Positions 7,232 to 14,745 of a DNA stretch of 24,000 nt are shown in pieces. Under the pieces are notes generated by a model. It was given only the letters and a program-made list of their open reading frames with translations. It did no database searches and was not told the DNA's origin. The position numbers and the translations under genes were made by a program. This DNA is from Candidatus Gastranaerophilales bacterium. GTDB lineage: Bacteria > Cyanobacteriota > Vampirovibrionia > Gastranaerophilales > Gastranaerophilaceae. Each line of letters starts with the position of its first letter. Positions within the stretch are counted from its first letter, which is position 1. The DNA lies in assembly GCA_944323115.1 (NCBI GenBank), contig CALURG010000075.1, positions 1-24,000 on the forward strand, written 5' to 3'.

Positions 7232-9043
7232 TTACTCTTCATTCAGGCTCAAAACAGCCATAAATGCTTCTTGCGGAACTTCTACACGACCTACCGCTTT
7301 CATTCTCTTCTTACCTTTTTTCTGCTTTTCAAGAAGTTTTCGTTTTCTTGAAATATCACCGCCGTAACATTTGTCAAGAACGCTCTTTCGAAGAGCTTTT
7401 ATGTTTGTTCTTGCAATAATTCTTCCCCCGACAGCAGCCTGAATAGGAACTTCAAACATTTGTCTGGGGATGATATCTTTAAGTTTTGCCGTGAGCTTCT
7501 GCCCCACATAAAAAGCATTGTCTTTATGAACAATTGCACTGAGTGCGTCAACAACTTCACCGGCAAGCATTATATCAAGTTTTACAAGGTCTGAACGTTT
7601 GTATTCTTTAAACTCATAGTCCATACTTGCGTAGCCTTTTGTTCTGGATTTCAATTGATCATAAAAATCAACAATGACTTCACTCAAAGGCATTTCATAT
7701 TCCAAATCAACACGCACCTTATCGAGATAATGCATATTTATAAAAATCCCTCGTTTGCTCTGGCACAAATCCATCAGGGTTCCTACATAGTCATTTGGTG
7801 CAATAATATTAACCTTTACATACGGTTCTTCAATATATTCACGATACTGCGGACCCGGCAGATTTGCAGGGTTGTCTATTTCTACAACTTCACCGTCTGT
7901 TTTGTGCACTTTGTAGACTACGGATGGTGCTGTTGTAACAAGAGAAAGGTCGTATTCTCTTTCCAGTCTTTCTTGAGCAATTTCCATATGCAGCATTCCG
8001 AGAAAACCGCATCTAAAACCAAAACCCAGAGCAGATGATGTTTCGGGTTCGAAAGTTATAGAAGAGTCATTTAGTTTCAGCTTTTCCAAAGACTCTTTTA
8101 AGTCTTGATAATCCTCGTTGTCTACCGGATATAAACCGGAAAACACTACAGGCAACGCTTCTTTGTAGCCGGGTAACGGTTCTTTAGCCGGATTGTCTGC
8201 ATGTGTGACCGTGTCACCGACAAACCTTGTCAATTCTTTAATTGAACAGGCCATGTAGCCTACGTCACCGGTGTTTAGCTCTTTTACAGGAACTCTGTTA
8301 GGGTTTAGGTAGCCAAGTTCCACAACTTCGTACTTGTTGCCTGAAGCCATGAATTTAATTGAGTCGCCGACTTTTATGCTTCCGTCGACAACTTTAAAAA
8401 AGCAAAGTGTACCGAGATACGGATCATATGCACTGTCAAAGACAAGTGCTCTCAAAGGCTCATCTGAGGTGTCTTTTGGCGGCGGAACAAATTTTACAAT
8501 AGCTTCAAGTATGTCTTCTATGCCTATTCCCGCCTTTGCACTGGCCGGTATAGCATGTTCTGCATCAATTCCGAGAATTTCTTCTATTTCATCTTTTACT
8601 TTGTCAACATCTGCTGACGGAAGATCTATTTTGTTAATAACAGGTATAATTTCAAGATTTTGGTCTATAGCAAGATACGCATTTGCCAGTGTTTGTGCTT
8701 CGACTCCCTGTGTTGAATCTACAATGAGCAGTGCTCCTTCACAGGCGGCCAAAGAACGTGATACTTCGTATGAAAAATCAACGTGACCCGGTGTATCGAT
8801 AAGATTCAACTCGTATTCCAGCCCGTCTTTTGCCTTGTATTTCATTCTTGCGGCATTGAGTTTTATTGTGATTCCACGCTCTCGCTCAATATCCATCGAG
8901 TCAAGAAGCTGATTTTGCATATCACGCTCAGCAACAGTTCCTGTATATTCCAAAAGTCTGTCAGCCAGTGTTGATTTGCCGTGATCAATGTGGGCTATTA
9001 TACAAAAATTTCTTACCCTGTTAATATCTCTTGTATTACTCAT
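7232..9043 (-). CDS. lepA: Translation elongation factor 4 (LepA)
   Basis: The 603-aa protein has [30 protein letters not shown] and NKIDL. The LepA-specific C-terminal region is also present (YEPYVKV-like, [22 protein letters not shown]). Confidence 0.97.
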   Translation of the reverse strand: MSNTRDINRVRNFCIIAHIDHGKSTLADRLLEYTGTVAERDMQNQLLDSMDIERERGITIKLNAARMKYKAKDGLEYELNLIDTPGHVDFSYEVSRSLAACEGALLIVDSTQGVEAQTLANAYLAIDQNLEIIPVINKIDLPSADVDKVKDEIEEILGIDAEHAIPASAKAGIGIEDILEAIVKFVPPPKDTSDEPLRALVFDSAYDPYLGTLCFFKVVDGSIKVGDSIKFMASGNKYEVVELGYLNPNRVPVKELNTGDVGYMACSIKELTRFVGDTVTHADNPAKEPLPGYKEALPVVFSGLYPVDNEDYQDLKESLEKLKLNDSSITFEPETSSALGFGFRCGFLGMLHMEIAQERLEREYDLSLVTTAPSVVYKVHKTDGEVVEIDNPANLPGPQYREYIEEPYVKVNIIAPNDYVGTLMDLCQSKRGIFINMHYLDKVRVDLEYEMPLSEVIVDFYDQLKSRTKGYASMDYEFKEYKRSDLVKLDIMLAGEVVDALSAIVHKDNAFYVGQKLTAKLKDIIPRQMFEVPIQAAVGGRIIARTNIKALRKSVLDKCYGGDISRKRKLLEKQKKGKKRMKAVGRVEVPQEAFMAVLSLNEE

Positions 9044-9081
9044 AGAGTAAGTATAAGCGAAAAATTTTTATTTGTAAAAAA

Positions 9082-9735
9082 TCAATGCTGTTTCAAAATC
9101 TGCTTCAAAAGTTCATCACAGGAAGAAACTATAGTTTGAGCATTGTTTTTTATTAAAAATTCAGTATCTTTGTATCCCCAATTTACACTTATACAGTCAA
9201 TTCCCGCATTTTTTGCGGTTTCAATATCAACCTCAGAATCACCGATATAAACGCAATCAATCGGTTTTGTCTTAAAATGTTCCATTACGGCAAATACACT
9301 GTCAGGTGCAGGTTTTTTTCTGACATTTGGAGATTCTCCGACCGCAATGTCTACAAGATTTGCAAAATATTTGCTGCAAAGTTCTTTTACTGCGGCATCA
9401 AATTTATTGGATACAACTGCTACATTGATATTCCTTTTCTTTAATTCTGACAGCATATCCAAAACGCCTTCAAAAGGACAGGTTTTGTTGTACATATTTT
9501 CTTTGTAATGATTTTTGAATACTTCAAGGCATTTTTGAAAATCGGAATTTTTATCACCTTCCGGTAACGCCCGTTCTATTAGTTTGTATACCCCGTTGCC
9601 AACATATGAACGAACCTGTGATATTGTACAAGGCTGATAATTGAATTTTTGTAATGCATAATTTGTGCTGTCAGTCAGGTCTTCCAGTGTATACAGCAGA
9701 GTTCCGTCTAAATCAAAAATAGCAGTCTTTTTCAT
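9082..9735 (-). CDS. HAD-superfamily hydrolase (phosphoglycolate phosphatase/PpaX-like)
   Basis: HAD motif I is FDLDGTL, motif II is VVSNK, and motifs III/IV are K...GDSEVD. The ATG at 9735 gives the canonical MKKTAIFDLDGTL N-terminus. The GTG at 9747 is an alternative start. Confidence 0.85.
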   Translation of the reverse strand: MKKTAIFDLDGTLLYTLEDLTDSTNYALQKFNYQPCTISQVRSYVGNGVYKLIERALPEGDKNSDFQKCLEVFKNHYKENMYNKTCPFEGVLDMLSELKKRNINVAVVSNKFDAAVKELCSKYFANLVDIAVGESPNVRKKPAPDSVFAVMEHFKTKPIDCVYIGDSEVDIETAKNAGIDCISVNWGYKDTEFLIKNNAQTIVSSCDELLKQILKQH

Positions 9736-9756
9736 TGGCTTGTACACTTAATGCTT

Positions 9757-9945
9757 TTATAGAGAATATCTTACAATTTTACTTACAAGATCAATACGTC
9801 TTTTTACATTAAATTTTTTGTATATGCTTCTTAGTTTCTTCTTTATTGTATCCGAACTATACCCCAGTTCTTCTCCTATTTCAATATTTGTAAACCCTTT
9901 TTTCACAAAGTTTATAATCTCTTTTTGTTCTTCAGTAAGATACAT
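9757..9945 (-). CDS. Small GerE/LuxR-type HTH protein (DNA-binding domain only)
   Basis: LTEEQKEIINFVKKGFTNIEIGEELGYSSDTIKKKLRSIYKKFNVKRRIDLV fits the LuxR C-terminal HTH pattern (LT.rE.ei...G.sn.EIa..L.iS..TvK.h...i..Kl.v.nR.el). At 62 aa it has no receiver or ligand domain. Confidence 0.75.
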   Translation of the reverse strand: MYLTEEQKEIINFVKKGFTNIEIGEELGYSSDTIKKKLRSIYKKFNVKRRIDLVSKIVRYSL

Positions 9946-10273
9946 TCTTTTTGTTTCCCCGTCTGATTTTCTTTAGTAACCCCTCAAATATGTATGCTCT
10001 GCATTTGTCTTCATCAAAACAAAATGCACAAGGCTTTTTTGAAAACAAAGAGCAGTATTGGCAGGCTTCGTTTTCAATAAGGCATGTAATTGCCTCATCA
10101 AGCATGCTCAACAATGTCTCGGTTTTGTAAATTTTTTTTATAAGCCGCATACAGTTTTGTCCGTTGTTTTGACTGTTCCCGAGAAAACAATTGTAAATTG
10201 AAAAAAATTGTGCTATGTTAATAAATGAAGTATATATCTGCCTGATCTCGGGGGTCAGGCATTTTTTTATCAA
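9932..10273 (-). CDS. Cysteine-rich hypothetical protein (CxxC-x7-CxxC-x5-C), start uncertain
   Basis: The ORF has a cluster CQYCSLFSKKPCAFCFDEDKC near its C-terminus. It overlaps the LuxR ORF by 14 nt in the +1 frame. The annotated start is a TTG at 10273 with no good SD, and an internal ATG (Met42, nt 10150) is an alternative. I recognised no family. Confidence 0.5.
   Translation of the reverse strand: MIKKCLTPEIRQIYTSFINIAQFFSIYNCFLGNSQNNGQNCMRLIKKIYKTETLLSMLDEAITCLIENEACQYCSLFSKKPCAFCFDEDKCRAYIFEGLLKKIRRGNKKNVSY
10240..10268 (+). terminator. Terminator-like hairpin plus T7 on the plus strand, inside the 5' part of the minus-strand Cys-rich ORF
   Basis: gcctgatc-tcggg-ggtcaggc (10240-10260) forms an 8-bp stem including one G-U, with a 5-nt loop. 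It is followed by aTTTTTTTa (10261-10269). No plus-strand gene is apparent upstream. Confidence 0.35.
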
Positions 10274-10303
10274 AAAAATGATAATTCCATAACAACTTTA
10301 AAA

Positions 10304-10332
10304 ATTATAAAATTCTACTTTACATTTGTCAA
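10304..10332 (-). promoter_or_regulatory. Perfect-consensus sigma70 promoter (TTGACA-N17-TATAAT) driving the minus-strand Cys-rich/LuxR gene chain
   Basis: The minus strand reads TTGACA (plus tgtcaa 10327-10332), a 17-nt spacer aatgtaaagtagaattt, then TATAAT (plus attata 10304-10309). The predicted TSS is near 10297. Confidence 0.65.
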
Positions 10333-10333
10333 G
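10318..10333. promoter_or_regulatory. Imperfect palindrome CTTTACATTTGTCAAG, candidate operator O2
   Basis: It has 6 of 8 symmetric pairs and is 12/16 identical to the perfect palindrome at 10339-10354. The two centres are 21 bp apart. It covers both -35 boxes. Confidence 0.4.
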
Positions 10334-10347
10334 TTTTGGTTTACAAT
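10319..10347 (+). promoter_or_regulatory. Sigma70-like promoter (TTTACA-N17-TACAAT) for the S24 repressor gene
   Basis: tttaca lies at 10319-10324 and tacaat at 10342-10347, with a 17-nt spacer. The -35 boxes of this promoter and the divergent promoter are back-to-back, 2 nt apart. Confidence 0.55.
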
Positions 10348-10354
10348 TGTAAAC
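10339..10354. promoter_or_regulatory. Perfect 16-bp palindrome GTTTACAATTGTAAAC, candidate operator O1
   Basis: The sequence is exactly self-complementary. It overlaps the -10 and the predicted TSS of the S24 repressor promoter. Confidence 0.5.
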
Positions 10355-10380
10355 AACAGGCTAAATTTCGGGAGAAAAAT

Positions 10381-11010
10381 ATGAATCTAAAAGATGTTAT
10401 AACTTTCCTTACGGGGAAATTGTCAAAGAAAATATCGTTTACGGATGTTGCACTTGCTCTTAACGTTTCAAGACAATATGTAAGCCAGATAAAAGAAAAA
10501 TCTCTTTCGGACAGACAGCTGGCAATGATAGAAAATTATTTTAAAGTAAAATTTGATAAAACCGGCATTTTTGATGAAGAAGATGATTGTATAAGTATAC
10601 CGGTAAAAGGTGAAGTAGTTGCCAGTATGGGATATGGTGTCACGGTGTACAATGAAATGCAGACTGCGTCATACTCAATAAGCAAAAAACTTGTTGAAGA
10701 TCTTGGTATAAGCAGGAGTATGACAGAAATGATATTTGCACAGGGTGACAGTATGCTGCCGACAATTGAAGGCGGAGACAGTCTTCTTGTTGATCATTCC
10801 AGAACAGATATTTATGACGGAAAAATATACTGTATAAGGATAGAAGGACAACTTTATGTCAAACGTCTGCAAAAAATCCCGCCTAACATAATAAGAGTAG
10901 TTTCCGACAATGACAAGTACAGAAGCTTCGAAATTGATTTACAACAAGATTCCGAATTTGATTTTGAAGTAATCGGAGAAGTACGCTGGTGGGGAAGAGT
11001 TGCCAAGTAA
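10381..11010 (+). CDS. XRE-type HTH / peptidase S24 repressor (phage CI / LexA-like)
   Basis: The N-terminal HTH is ISFTDVALALNVSRQYVSQIKEK. The C-terminal S24 domain has the catalytic Ser in GDSMLPTI and Lys in YVKRLQK. The ATG at 10381 is preceded by GGGAG with a 6-nt spacer. Confidence 0.85.
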   Translation: MNLKDVITFLTGKLSKKISFTDVALALNVSRQYVSQIKEKSLSDRQLAMIENYFKVKFDKTGIFDEEDDCISIPVKGEVVASMGYGVTVYNEMQTASYSISKKLVEDLGISRSMTEMIFAQGDSMLPTIEGGDSLLVDHSRTDIYDGKIYCIRIEGQLYVKRLQKIPPNIIRVVSDNDKYRSFEIDLQQDSEFDFEVIGEVRWWGRVAK

Positions 11011-11640
11011 TCAGCAGGTAAGCGGAACGTGTCCGCTGTACATCAAGATGTTCCAGCCTTTGTAATATTTTATCTGAGAAGCACTGCCTGTAGGTATAAA
11101 GACTCTGTTTTGGTATTCAACAGGCAGCTCAAGTGCATTTCTTATTGCCGCACGGATAAAGTTTGAATGGGTAATAACAACAATTCTTTTTGTGAGATTT
11201 TCTTCAATAAGCTGATTCAATGTATTTTCAACTCTGTTGTCAAATTCAACAAGGGTTTCACCGCCTTCCGGTGCATAGCTTGATGTTGCTTCGTGGTATT
11301 TTTGCAGCATTTCCGGATAGCGTTCTTCAATTTCTGTATAATTCAACCCTTTCCAGATGCCGAATTCCTGGTTTTTCAATTCGGGGCGAATTTCAAAATC
11401 CTGTCCGTATTCTTTGGATATATAGCTTGCCGTTTGTATGCAGCTCAAAGATGCTCCTGTGTATATTTTGTCCACCTGCGGAGAACGAAGGACAATCCAT
11501 TTTGCTATGCGTTCGGCTTCTTCCTGCCCGATTTCGTTTAGAGGAGGATGGCTTTCTTTGTCGCAAATACGGTTTTCTTCCGTATATATTGTTGCTCCGT
11601 GTGCAATAAATGTTATTTTACATTTTCTTTTAAACAGCAT
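11011..11640 (-). CDS. Histidine phosphatase superfamily protein (phosphoglycerate mutase-like fold), atypical AHG motif
   Basis: KITFIAHGATIYTEEN aligns to the RHGET motif region. PLNEIGQEEAE is present, along with a second His region VVITHSNFIRA. A GGAGAG SD lies upstream of the ATG. Confidence 0.75.
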   Translation of the reverse strand: MLFKRKCKITFIAHGATIYTEENRICDKESHPPLNEIGQEEAERIAKWIVLRSPQVDKIYTGASLSCIQTASYISKEYGQDFEIRPELKNQEFGIWKGLNYTEIEERYPEMLQKYHEATSSYAPEGGETLVEFDNRVENTLNQLIEENLTKRIVVITHSNFIRAAIRNALELPVEYQNRVFIPTGSASQIKYYKGWNILMYSGHVPLTC

Positions 11641-11736
11641 ATTGTCTCTCCGGCTTGTCTCTTCTGTTAAAATTTATATCGGTAGAAAAAACATAAACTT
11701 TAAAAATTTAATTTGAATGAGTGATTGTTTTGTTTT

Positions 11737-12768
11737 TTATTGCATAATGTCAAATAAAATGTAAATTAAATAAATAAGATAAAATAAACCGCACGTTACG
11801 AGTATGTGTGCACTGAATGCTTTATCTCTGTACAAGTTAATAAAGAGTATTACTGTTGACATGTAAACAAGTATAATATTTACAACGGATTCTGCACCGA
11901 ATACCCAAGGAGTAAGGAGTATGCCTATTGCTGTCGGTATGCAGCTTTGAAAAACCATTGCACCTGTAATATTTCCCAGTGCAAGTGTATCTTTTTTCTG
12001 ACTTACCCACAGGACACTGTTGAATTTTTCCGGCAGTTCGGTTGCAATAGGAGCAAGAATCAAACTCAAAACAAGCGGATTTATGCTGAATAGTTGTGCA
12101 AAATATCTTATTTGTCCGACAAACATATGAGCAAAACAAATCAATGCTGCAATAGAAACAATTACTTGCAGCCAAACAAGGAAAGTATTGTATTTTTTGA
12201 ATATCTTTTCAAATAACAATTCATCAACTTCCGCACCTTCGCCGCATTGAGAATGAGAGCAGTTGAGTGTTCTGAATACATATAGCAGATAATATGCAAG
12301 CAACGCTGCTGCACAAAGATATTTTAAAGGTTTGAAAGGAATAAAACCTGCGGCAATTGCCAAAGTGTAGCTAAAGAAAAAGAATTTTAAGTCACGAAAC
12401 ATCACAACATAATTTGCATTCATTTTTCTTTCTCGTTTGCCGAGTTTCCAGAAAATCACAACTGCCAAACCCGTCACAAACATAGCCAATGTTGAAAGCA
12501 AAAACGGTGCACCCAAAATTGCACCTATTCCGATTTCTTTTCCCACATTTACATCTGTATGAGCAAAATAAGCCCCTATTATAGCAACGAGAGGAACAAT
12601 TGTCTCGGGCAGTGCCGTTCCGACAGCGGCCAGGATACTTCCTACCGCACCTTCATTGAGGTTGTATATTTTTCCGAGATGTTCCACTGCATTTGTAAAT
12701 ACAACACAGCAGCCAACTATCAAAAACAGGTTTAAAATTGTTAAAAATCCGTGAAAAATTGCTTCCAT
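11737..12768 (-). CDS. Ca2+/cation antiporter (CaCA, YrbG-like sodium/calcium exchanger family) membrane protein
   Basis: The protein is multi-pass and hydrophobic, with two alpha-repeat signatures, GTALPET and ATELPEK, in the N- and C-terminal halves. GNITGAMVFQ is also present. Confidence 0.8.
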   Translation of the reverse strand: MEAIFHGFLTILNLFLIVGCCVVFTNAVEHLGKIYNLNEGAVGSILAAVGTALPETIVPLVAIIGAYFAHTDVNVGKEIGIGAILGAPFLLSTLAMFVTGLAVVIFWKLGKRERKMNANYVVMFRDLKFFFFSYTLAIAAGFIPFKPLKYLCAAALLAYYLLYVFRTLNCSHSQCGEGAEVDELLFEKIFKKYNTFLVWLQVIVSIAALICFAHMFVGQIRYFAQLFSINPLVLSLILAPIATELPEKFNSVLWVSQKKDTLALGNITGAMVFQSCIPTAIGILLTPWVFGAESVVNIILVYMSTVILFINLYRDKAFSAHILVTCGLFYLIYLIYILFDIMQ

Positions 12769-12823
12769 TGAGGCTTTTCCTTTGTTTTCATTTATAAATA
12801 TAATTTTATACTATAATATCTTT

Positions 12824-13786
12824 ATGGATTTAAAATCATTTAAAGAAACGATAGAAAAAGCAAGCTCTATAGTGATATTTTCACATGTCAATCCGGACGG
12901 AGACACATTGGGCAGTATGTGTGCACTGTATCAGGTATTAAAAAACAGTTTTAAAAAAGAAGCATTGATGGTTACAGTGGGCAAAATCCCTGATATTTAT
13001 CATTTTTTACCTTTTATTCAAAACGTAAAAAAGCCTGAAGAACTTGATTTAAAACAGGTTTTTGATGTTGCAATTGCTGTGGATATAGCGGCAAAAGACA
13101 GAATGGCTTCGGCTTTGCCGCTATTTGAAAATGCAAAAGTTAAAATAAATATTGACCATCACAAAACGAATAACAACTACGGTGATATAAACTTTGTACA
13201 AGCTGATGCTTCCTGTGCAGGAGAAGTCTTGCTGGATATTTTGGAAGAACTTTCTTTAATACCGGATAAAGATACGGCCATATCTTTATATACAGCTATT
13301 TTGACCGATACGGGGTGTTTCAGATTTGAAAATACAAAATCGGATACACTGAAAAAGGCCGCTAAACTTATTGAATACGGTGCTGATGCTTCTTACGTCG
13401 CAAGGTGCTGTTATGAGTCAAAACCCAAACCGATGGTGCTTTTGCAGGCAAACAGTATTATCAATGCAAAATTTTTGGAAGACAACAAAATTGCATATGT
13501 CTGTATAAAAAACAGCGATATGGAAAAATTCGGTGCACAAAATGACCATACGGAAGGTATCGTTGAAGCATTGAGACAAATTAACACAACGGAAATTTCT
13601 TTTGTGTTGAAAGAAGTTGATGAAAATACCACCAAAGTAAGTCTCAGAAGCAAAACCGCAGATGTCAGCAAAGTTGCTTCAGTATTTGGCGGAGGCGGTC
13701 ATACTTTTGCTGCGGGGTGTACAATAAGAAAGCCTATTAATATTGCGTGTGAAAAATTGATTGATGAAGTAAAAAAGGTATTGTAA
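12824..13786 (+). CDS. nrnA: DHH/DHHA1 phosphoesterase (NrnA-like oligoribonuclease / pAp phosphatase)
   Basis: HVNPDGDTLGS, NIDHHKTN (DHH) and GGGGHTFAAG (DHHA1 GGGH) are present. The ATG at 12824 gives the expected N-terminus. The TTG at 12782 adds an implausible extension. Confidence 0.85.
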   Translation: MDLKSFKETIEKASSIVIFSHVNPDGDTLGSMCALYQVLKNSFKKEALMVTVGKIPDIYHFLPFIQNVKKPEELDLKQVFDVAIAVDIAAKDRMASALPLFENAKVKINIDHHKTNNNYGDINFVQADASCAGEVLLDILEELSLIPDKDTAISLYTAILTDTGCFRFENTKSDTLKKAAKLIEYGADASYVARCCYESKPKPMVLLQANSIINAKFLEDNKIAYVCIKNSDMEKFGAQNDHTEGIVEALRQINTTEISFVLKEVDENTTKVSLRSKTADVSKVASVFGGGGHTFAAGCTIRKPINIACEKLIDEVKKVL

Positions 13787-14652
13787 TGAGTATACTCGAA
13801 GGTACAAAGAAATATTTGATTAATCTCGTCAATCGAATAATAATAGACGATTTTCTAGGAATGGCTGCCGAAATGGGTTTTTGGTTTGCAATAGGAATAT
13901 TCCCTTTTATGCTTTTTATGATGTCGTTTTTCAGCCTTCTTGGGAAAAAATCGCTTTTTATGCCGGTTATTTATTTTCTTGATTCTGTTGCACCGACAGA
14001 TTCTGTAAATTTGATAAAAAATGTGTTAAATGAAGTTATGATATTCCAGCATGGCGGACTTGTCGCTGTGTTTGGTTTTTTTATAACAATATTTCTTTCC
14101 TCAAATGCAATTTTTTGTATCATAAAAGGATTGAACAGAGCTTTGGGCATTGATGAACACAGAAGCCTTGTTACAACAAGAACACTTTCTGTTTTAATGG
14201 TGTTTGTAAATGTTTTTGTTATGTTTATTACAATAAATCTGATAATATTCGGAAAAGTGATTTTGCAGTTTGTTTTAAACTTTGTAAACTTGTCGTCTCT
14301 TTTTATTAATTTTCTGTTGATAGGAAGATGGTTTGTTTCTTTTGTTGCTCTTTATATTATGGCTTATTTAAATTATTTTCTTCTGCCGGCATCTGAAGGT
14401 TCCGAAAAAATCAAGAGCAAAAGTGCTCTGCCGGGTACTTTATTTTTCTGTTTCTGCTGGATGTTTGGTTCATGGTGTTTTTCTATATACATAAATAACC
14501 TTCATACATACAACAGAGTTTACGGTTCGATAGGAGCTTTTGTCATGCTTATGGTGTGGCTCTATTACACTTCTTTGATATTTCTTGTCGGAGGAGAAAT
14601 AAACTCTCAGGCCTATAGAATATTGACAGAAAAAGAAGAATCTAAAGCGTAA
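13786..14652 (+). CDS. YihY/BrkB (ribonuclease BN-like) family membrane protein
   Basis: This multi-pass membrane protein has the C-terminal GGEINSQ motif and the overall pattern typical of the YihY family. Its start overlaps the nrnA stop (TAATG). Confidence 0.7.
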   Translation: MSILEGTKKYLINLVNRIIIDDFLGMAAEMGFWFAIGIFPFMLFMMSFFSLLGKKSLFMPVIYFLDSVAPTDSVNLIKNVLNEVMIFQHGGLVAVFGFFITIFLSSNAIFCIIKGLNRALGIDEHRSLVTTRTLSVLMVFVNVFVMFITINLIIFGKVILQFVLNFVNLSSLFINFLLIGRWFVSFVALYIMAYLNYFLLPASEGSEKIKSKSALPGTLFFCFCWMFGSWCFSIYINNLHTYNRVYGSIGAFVMLMVWLYYTSLIFLVGGEINSQAYRILTEKEESKA

Positions 14653-14745
14653 CATTTTTATTATTTTTTGTTGTGTTATATACAAATTACTGCTATCATC
14701 TATGTATTAATCATAAGGTGTTTAATAATTCAAAGGAGAAGTTTT

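Noticed and set aside
7655-8786. Plus-strand ORFs (7655-8038, 8334-8786) inside lepA.
   Set aside because: They are antisense shadow ORFs within a highly conserved gene. Their sequences are low-complexity, with no start context.
9990-10130. A 46-aa plus-strand ORF that might explain the plus-strand terminator at 10240-10268.
   Set aside because: It has no SD and is antisense to the Cys-motif region of the minus-strand ORF. It ends 110 nt before the hairpin and has no recognisable features.
11220-12175. Alternative-frame and antisense ORFs within the histidine phosphatase and CaCA genes (11220-11716 plus strand; 11837-12175 minus strand).
   Set aside because: They overlap better-supported genes and have odd composition (Cys/Arg-rich). 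They lack start signals.
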